Positions 58,601-64,000 of a DNA stretch of 64,000 nt are shown piece after piece (within the stretch, counting starts at the first letter, position 1; every line of letters begins with the position of its first letter). A model generated the notes under the pieces. It was not told where the DNA came from and ran no database searches. It saw only the letters and a program-made list of their open reading frames with translations. A program made the position numbers and the translations under genes. The DNA is from Candidatus Omnitrophota bacterium (GTDB lineage: Bacteria; Omnitrophota; Gorgyraeia; Duberdicusellales; Duberdicusellaceae). Where the stretch lies: positions 475-64,474 of the forward strand of contig JAFGCB010000030.1 in NCBI GenBank assembly GCA_016932855.1, read 5' to 3'.

Positions 58601-58613
58601 TCTTCGTCGGTAA

Positions 58614-59168
58614 TCATCTCTGCCCTACGGGAATATAGACAATTTCCTCATAGGTAGCCGTGAAATCCTTATAACTTAAGGTAAGAACTATTTTAACTGC
58701 CTTAGGTATAGTGTCTGAACTGTCAAACCACTGACTGCCGTCAAAAAAGCTAAAATTTAAACTTTCTATATTAAATCCTATTTCTTGCTCCTTGTCAAAG
58801 GTATTGAAATCGAAATCGCAGCTAGATTCCCTTCTTATCAAAGCCTTCTTCGAAACATCAAATAGATAACCGACTTCTCTTAAACTCTGCTCAGCAGGGT
58901 AGATAAAAAAAATCGATCGGCTATCCGCCTTAAAAACGCTTACTTCTTCAGGAACAAAAATCTGATCAATTCTAACTGAAGAAGAAACCTCTTTAGAAAT
59001 CCTTAAAAAAATATTTTTAAGGCTCTGATAACTCTTGGCCAGAACCTGACTCTGACCCCAGGACAAAATAGCACCCCTGAAAATTGTTCCTGTTAAAACA
59101 ATAACGGTAAGTAGAATGCTGACGGCAATAAGTACCTCTATAACGGTGAAAGTCTTATTAGATTTCAC
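58614..59168 (-). CDS. Pseudopilin-like protein with non-canonical prepilin motif (KT|FTVIEVLIAV)
   Basis: N-terminal methylation-domain-like hydrophobic segment with Glu+5, but Thr instead of Gly at -1. Confidence 0.5.
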   Translation of the reverse strand: MKSNKTFTVIEVLIAVSILLTVIVLTGTIFRGAILSWGQSQVLAKSYQSLKNIFLRISKEVSSSVRIDQIFVPEEVSVFKADSRSIFFIYPAEQSLREVGYLFDVSKKALIRRESSCDFDFNTFDKEQEIGFNIESLNFSFFDGSQWFDSSDTIPKAVKIVLTLSYKDFTATYEEIVYIPVGQR

Positions 59169-59191
59169 TTCTTATCCGGAGTAAGGCAAGA

Positions 59192-60676
59192 CTATCTTCT
59201 CCTAAAAAAGAGGGTCCGCTGCAATCTTTCAATTAAAGTCTCTTCTTTAACGGTCCAAGACCACTGCGCGGGAGTCGGGTCTTCCTCATCCTGGGCAATG
59301 GACCCGCTATTGTCTGCGTCGAAACCGGCTTTGACCCGGAAAAGATGGCTGCCAAGATCAAGTCCCGAAAAACTTATACTGTCTGCTTCTTGCCATACAG
59401 ACCAAACCGAACCGTCTAAAGAATAGCTAAACAAGGATCCTTCACGTGATGCCTCGTAATAAAAAGTAGCATCTTTATCCGAAGTTAAGGAAGAAGGCGC
59501 ACTGATTATACGGGTATCGGGAACTGTTACTATCAAGTCTATCTCGTCGGAATATATACCGGAAACATTACCGGCGTTATCTTCGAATCTAACGTAAACT
59601 GTCTTTTTTCCCGAGATATCGGGATTTCTTAAAACCCAGTTATCGACAATAGGGGTGAATTTAAAAGGCTCTTCCATTTCTGTATCGAATATTCCGTCGT
59701 TGGAAATATATATATACTTTACTCCCGAAAGCTCGTCTTCTACGGTAATCTTAAGCACGGCATAGGCTGAATTCGTAATAGGATCGTCATTGTTTATCAC
59801 CATACTGCAGGCAGGGGGCGTGGCATCTATAATAAAACTCCAACTCTTTACTGCCTGATTTCCGGTAATATCTTCCGCTTTCACTAAAACTATATTTTCG
59901 CCGTCTTCTAAAGAAGCTTTATAGAAAAATAGCTCCTCTTCCTCATCGAAATCTCCGAAAATACTCTCCTCATTAAAAATAAATTCCAAGCTCTCGGAAT
60001 CAAGACCCGAAGTTATATCCTTTATTCTGCAGCTAAGCTCTATGTCTTTTTCGGAAACCAGAGCACCAGCTGAAGGTAAAAGCTCACTTATAGAAGGAGG
60101 GGTGGTATCGACCCAGATATCAAAACCTATGGGAGGACCCCAGGTATCTTCACTTACCGAAGGCATTACATAGAAAGTATGCGCTCCATCGGAAAGAGCA
60201 TCGGCAGAATATTGGTAGGAAGCGCTGGTTGTATCTATCACTTCATCGGGCGGCTCATCCAAAGATACGCTGAAACCCCTTATCAAAGTAGGAGGATTCA
60301 AGAAAACCAGCCAATAAAAATAAGGATCATTGTCTTTCTGCCAAGTCTCGGGCCTTATTTCGAACCCCCCGATATTGGTCTTTGCTCCCAACTCAGCTAT
60401 TTCATATTTAACTTCACCCACAAGGCTTGGAAAATAATAGCCTTCCCCGAAAGAAACCAGTAAGTCGGAGCTATCAATTTCTACAGGTACGGCGAACTCC
60501 TGACCCATAACAAAATAAGTAAAAATATTCTTGGAGGAAGCGGTGGAGTTTACGTTCGCGCCGACACTTATAAAAGAAATTTTATATTTTGAAGAACCCA
60601 TATCATCTGCCTGAACCAGGGAAAACAGAAAACAAAAAACAGAAAACAGAATAATTATCTTAATCTTACGCATCAT
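59192..60676 (-). CDS. Secreted protein with Ig-like (DxTPP) repeats
   Basis: Signal peptide, repeated VDTTPP / IDATPP motifs typical of bacterial Ig-like domains. 494 aa, ATGA-coupled to gspE. Confidence 0.4.
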   Translation of the reverse strand: MMRKIKIIILFSVFCFLFSLVQADDMGSSKYKISFISVGANVNSTASSKNIFTYFVMGQEFAVPVEIDSSDLLVSFGEGYYFPSLVGEVKYEIAELGAKTNIGGFEIRPETWQKDNDPYFYWLVFLNPPTLIRGFSVSLDEPPDEVIDTTSASYQYSADALSDGAHTFYVMPSVSEDTWGPPIGFDIWVDTTPPSISELLPSAGALVSEKDIELSCRIKDITSGLDSESLEFIFNEESIFGDFDEEEELFFYKASLEDGENIVLVKAEDITGNQAVKSWSFIIDATPPACSMVINNDDPITNSAYAVLKITVEDELSGVKYIYISNDGIFDTEMEEPFKFTPIVDNWVLRNPDISGKKTVYVRFEDNAGNVSGIYSDEIDLIVTVPDTRIISAPSSLTSDKDATFYYEASREGSLFSYSLDGSVWSVWQEADSISFSGLDLGSHLFRVKAGFDADNSGSIAQDEEDPTPAQWSWTVKEETLIERLQRTLFFRRR

Positions 60677-62325
60677 TCGCCTAATACTCTTAATACTTCC
60701 TGAACCGAAGTTTTTCCCTCAATTATTTTGGCAAAACCGTCCTGCCTTAAAGTTTGAAAACCCCGCAACTGGGCGTGGCTTCTAATCTCATCGGAGGATG
60801 CCTTATTTACAATCAAATTATCAAAAGTAGAATCTAATTCCAAGACTTCAAAGATTGCAACCCTGCCTCTAAAACCGGTCCGGTTGCATCGCTGGCATCC
60901 CTGGGGCTGAAATACCTTGATTTCCTTATCAGAAAAAGAAATGGCAAACCCTAAGGCCTTCTCTAAATCAGCTAAAGACATATCCTTCTGCTGTCTGCAC
61001 TCATCACAAAGAACTCTTACCAGCCTCTGGGCAATAACTCCTTTTAAAGAAGAAGCAACCAGAAAAGGCTCAAGGCCCATATCTATAAGCCTGGTAACTG
61101 CCGAAGAAGCGTCGTTGGTATGTAAAGTAGACAAAACTAAATGGCCGGTTAAGGCTGCCTGAATCGCAATTTCGGCTGTCTCCAGATCTCTTATCTCGCC
61201 GACCATCACTATATCGGGATCATGCCTTAAAATAGAACGCAGACCCTGAGAAAAACCAAGCCCTACGCCGGGATTCACCTGGATCTGTTTGGCAAAATCT
61301 AAATGATACTCAACCGGGTCTTCTATGGTTATTATGTTTTTCTGAACGCTTTTAATCTCCAGAAGCGAAGCATAAAGAGTTGTCGATTTTCCCGAACCCG
61401 TAGGCCCGGTCACAAGGACTATGCCCGAAGTCTGCTTTAAGAAATGCCTGTATTTCTCAAGATTTTCTTTTGAGAACCCCAGCTCCCCTAAAGTAAAAAC
61501 CCCTTTTTCTCTTTCCAGAAGCCTTAATACTATACTTTCCCCTTCCACTAAAGGAATCACCGATACCCTTACGTCAATGGGCCTTGCGGATACCTGAACC
61601 TGAAATCCTCCGTCCTGCGGCTTCCTGCGTTCAGCAATGTCTAAATTGGCCATAATCTTCAAGCGGGCAACAATCGCGCTATAAAGATAGCGCGGAGGGG
61701 CCTTAAAAAGCTGAAGCACCCCGTCAATCCGAAAACGAATACTCACTTCATTTTTTTTAGGCTCAATATGAATATCACTGGCCCTGGAGTTTACCGCTTC
61801 AGCAATCAACAAATCCACCAGTTTTATTACCGAAGGCTTATCGTCCTGTGATTTAACTTCCTCAACCCCGGTCTTATCCTCAGAAGCGCAAAAGGTTTCA
61901 ATAAAGGCGTCGAGGCTATCTTTAGCGACAAGATAAGGCTTAATAAATAAACCCGTATGGAAACGCAGCTCCTCAATAGGCTCCCGCCTGAAAGGATCGG
62001 CAAAACCTACTTTTAATACCTCTCCTTCTTTTTGCAAAGGCGCTATTCTATATTTAGCCGCAAAACCCGAAGGAAGCAAAGATAAGGCATCTTTATCAGG
62101 GACAAAATCTTCCAAGGAAAAAACTTCTATGTGCAGCTTCCGGGAAAGAAAGCCTACGAGGCTTTCCTCATCTATCAGCCCTAGGCCCCTTAGGGCCTCG
62201 GCAAGAGTAGAACGGCTCCTTTCCTTCTCAATATCCAAAGTAACCGCCTGTTCTTGGGTTATAAGTCCTTGACTCACTAGATCTTTAATTAAAGGGTCTT
62301 TTAGTTGCTTATTCTCTTTCTCCAT
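60673..62325 (-). CDS. gspE: Type II secretion / type IV pilus assembly ATPase (GspE/PilB family) with N-terminal T2SSE_N/MshEN-like domain
   Basis: Walker A GPTGSGKST, Asp box, Walker B, tetracysteine CxxC…CxxC, and N-terminal GspII-type domain. Confidence 0.85.
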   Translation of the reverse strand: MEKENKQLKDPLIKDLVSQGLITQEQAVTLDIEKERSRSTLAEALRGLGLIDEESLVGFLSRKLHIEVFSLEDFVPDKDALSLLPSGFAAKYRIAPLQKEGEVLKVGFADPFRREPIEELRFHTGLFIKPYLVAKDSLDAFIETFCASEDKTGVEEVKSQDDKPSVIKLVDLLIAEAVNSRASDIHIEPKKNEVSIRFRIDGVLQLFKAPPRYLYSAIVARLKIMANLDIAERRKPQDGGFQVQVSARPIDVRVSVIPLVEGESIVLRLLEREKGVFTLGELGFSKENLEKYRHFLKQTSGIVLVTGPTGSGKSTTLYASLLEIKSVQKNIITIEDPVEYHLDFAKQIQVNPGVGLGFSQGLRSILRHDPDIVMVGEIRDLETAEIAIQAALTGHLVLSTLHTNDASSAVTRLIDMGLEPFLVASSLKGVIAQRLVRVLCDECRQQKDMSLADLEKALGFAISFSDKEIKVFQPQGCQRCNRTGFRGRVAIFEVLELDSTFDNLIVNKASSDEIRSHAQLRGFQTLRQDGFAKIIEGKTSVQEVLRVLGE

Positions 62326-62363
62326 CTTTATATTACCATATTGTGAATAAATCCTGCCAGGGC

Positions 62364-63377
62364 TTAGCTTCCGAATTCAATTTTCGGCAAAGCTCTAGAT
62401 ATAATAAATATCGCTTCAGCCAAAGCAAGTACTAACAAAAAAAGAGAGACTAAATTCTTACCCATAACTATAAATATACCCACTAAGCACCAAATAAGGG
62501 TAAAACTGTAAAGAGCGCATAAAGCCTTCTCTGTGCTATAACCTGAGCTTCTAAAAAGCAGAAATATATGGTCGTCGCTCTTTTTCACCGGAAGTATTCC
62601 TTTTCGTAAACGTATAAATATAAGAAATAAGGTGTCAAATATAGGGACTGCCAAGATAAATATAGGCACAAATAAAGCAAGTTTAGTAATAGGCAGTTTA
62701 ATCGTATGGGTCAAAGTAGCGTAATCACCGTACATGCTTAAACTTGCCAACATAAATCCTAAAAAGTGGCTGCCTGAATTTCCCATATATAGGCTGGCCG
62801 GAGGGATATTAAAAAAAAGAAAAATGAGTAAACTTGCCGAAAGGCTAAGGTATAAATAAACAAGCGAAAACTCCCTGCAAATAAAAGAAATCCAGAGAAA
62901 GGAAAGCGAAATAATAAGAGCTATACCCCCGCATAAACCGTCAGCAATATCTAAATGGTTAAAGGCATGGGTAACACCCATTATCCATAAAAAGGAAAAC
63001 AGGTAGTTCAGCCATCCGGGTAAGAAATAAATTTGAATTCTCTTTCCGTATAAAAGAAACAGAAATACCAGCAGCAGCTGGATAATAATCCTCGTGCGTA
63101 AGGAAAAATCCTTAAGATCATCAAGAAGCTCCACGGCCAGTACTATAAAAGAAAAAGTAATAAGCCAGATAAGCTCGAAAGGAAGCTCTGGTTTACGGCG
63201 AAGTACATAAAATAGATATGTTAAAATAAAGGAAAGAGAGAGACCCATTCCCCCTATATAAGGAATACCTTTTTGAGACTTGAACAGATTAAAACGTAAA
63301 CAAAGCCCTCTAAAAGAAATAAGAAAAATAAAGCTTAATACTGACGAAAGAAAGCAAATGACAAAAAAATCCCCCAT
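62364..63377 (-). CDS. Glycosyltransferase family 4, polyprenyl-phosphate sugar-1-phosphate transferase (WecA/MraY-like)
   Basis: Polytopic membrane protein with HAFNHLDIADGLCGG matching the NxxNxxDGxDGL motif. Confidence 0.7.
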   Translation of the reverse strand: MGDFFVICFLSSVLSFIFLISFRGLCLRFNLFKSQKGIPYIGGMGLSLSFILTYLFYVLRRKPELPFELIWLITFSFIVLAVELLDDLKDFSLRTRIIIQLLLVFLFLLYGKRIQIYFLPGWLNYLFSFLWIMGVTHAFNHLDIADGLCGGIALIISLSFLWISFICREFSLVYLYLSLSASLLIFLFFNIPPASLYMGNSGSHFLGFMLASLSMYGDYATLTHTIKLPITKLALFVPIFILAVPIFDTLFLIFIRLRKGILPVKKSDDHIFLLFRSSGYSTEKALCALYSFTLIWCLVGIFIVMGKNLVSLFLLVLALAEAIFIISRALPKIEFGS

Positions 63378-63482
63378 AACTTATTATTTTATGCCAATTC
63401 TTTGAAATAATCAATGAGGAAAATTCTGACATTGAAAGCGGGGTTTGCTGAAAAATCCCTGACAAGGCAACCGAGAATACAA

Positions 63483-64000
63483 TTACAGCTGCCGGTAAAT
63501 AGTATCGATCTGCTTTATCATTCTCTCCTTTGACCAATACTCAATGTCTAATCTTTCTCTATAAGCCCTGATCTTGACCTGCCAATCAGAATAGTTATCC
63601 AAAATACTGCTGACCCCCTTAGATAGCCCCTGCCAGTCTCCGGGCTTTACAATTATCCCATTTTTATTATCGTCTATGATATCTCTTATTCCTTGGGTAT
63701 CAGTCACCACAAGCGGTATTCCTGAGATGGCCGCCTCGATTACTGACAGCGGCAACCCTTCCCATAAAGAAGACAGAACAAAAACCGAAGCTTTTGAAAA
63801 CAAAGGCAAAACATCATCCACCCAGCCTTCTAATATAACATTCTTCTTAAGTCCTGAAGCCTGTATCTGACGAGACACTTCTTCGCGATAGGGTCCGTCT
63901 CCGGCTATTAAAAACTTAAGGCTACGGCCTTTGCCCAGAATATACTCTGCCATTCTTAAGAAATAATTAAGGCCTTTTTGAGGCTTTAAAGACGAGACGG
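63483..64000 (-). CDS. Glycosyltransferase family 1 (C-terminal domain; N-terminus truncated by window edge)
   Basis: GT-B C-terminal domain motif (…EGWPLSVIEAAISGIPLVVTDTQGIRDII…). The frame remains open upstream of the listed Met to position 64000. Confidence 0.6.
   Translation of the reverse strand, partial: VSSLKPQKGLNYFLRMAEYILGKGRSLKFLIAGDGPYREEVSRQIQASGLKKNVILEGWVDDVLPLFSKASVFVLSSLWEGLPLSVIEAAISGIPLVVTDTQGIRDIIDDNKNGIIVKPGDWQGLSKGVSSILDNYSDWQVKIRAYRERLDIEYWSKERMIKQIDTIYRQL

Noticed and set aside
63310-63537. 75-aa ORF bridging the GT4 and GT1 genes.
   Set aside because: It overlaps the 5' end of the GT4 gene and the 3' end of GT1 in another frame, with hydrophobic low-complexity translation. 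Likely spurious.
1-64000. Scanned intergenic regions for tRNA (GTTCGAATC T-loop, cloverleaf), rRNA, RNase P, SRP and tmRNA signatures.
   Set aside because: None recognised. The structured regions (9204-9302, 35103-35245) do not match these families by eye, so no ncRNA gene is called.

Overview
This is a gene-dense chromosomal segment of a bacterium, AT-rich, with punctuated GC-rich intergenic elements. About 60 of 65 CDS lie on the minus strand. Content is mostly housekeeping.

Gene content:
- tyrS, rpsA, plsC, a phosphohexomutase, nadD, proA-proB-obg, rplU.
- A PilZ protein, trmJ, a thioredoxin-fused DsbD/CcdA protein, a divergent ECF sigma/anti-sigma pair.
- yraN-comM-dprA-spoVG.
- A GH94-like glycoside phosphorylase, an MscS channel, truA, asd, leuB-(hypothetical)-leuD-leuC.
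- The fabF-acpP-fabG-fabD-fabH-plsX-rpmF-yceD block, coaD, rsmD, recG, dtd.
- A TIGR01212-type radical SAM enzyme, queH, rpe, feoAB, a GH5 glycosidase, a speH-like gene, a TPR/SpoIID protein, yqeY, an rsmB-like methyltransferase, a flavin reductase, a PaaX-like regulator, a second radical SAM enzyme, a Ski2-like helicase, glgC.
- A ~9-kb type IV filament / T2SS-like operon (GT1-GT4-gspE-Ig-like secreted protein-pseudopilin-gspF-pseudopilin-giant 999-aa GspK-like protein carrying a lamin-tail domain).

No rRNA, tRNA, CRISPR array or transposase was recognised.

The most unusual property is non-coding. Nearly every intergenic region longer than 100 bp carries its own array of 7-11 bp tandem units followed by an array of the reverse-complement units (tandem-unit palindromes). 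On top of that there are at least six multi-copy repeat families:
- a ~135-bp GC-rich element, x2, inverted;
- GGTTACTAT arrays, x2;
- a CCGCACCTTTG long hairpin, x2;
- 38-bp palindromes that mimic the anti-SD/SD pair and flank the PaaX-like gene, x2, inverted;
- a period-10 ATCTGYGA direct-repeat motif at 4 loci;
- an AAAAAGGGACGCTTCTATT upstream motif at 3 loci.

The canonical rplU-rpmA-obg arrangement lacks rpmA. In its place is a structured leader with mutually exclusive hairpins and a 27-codon uORF.
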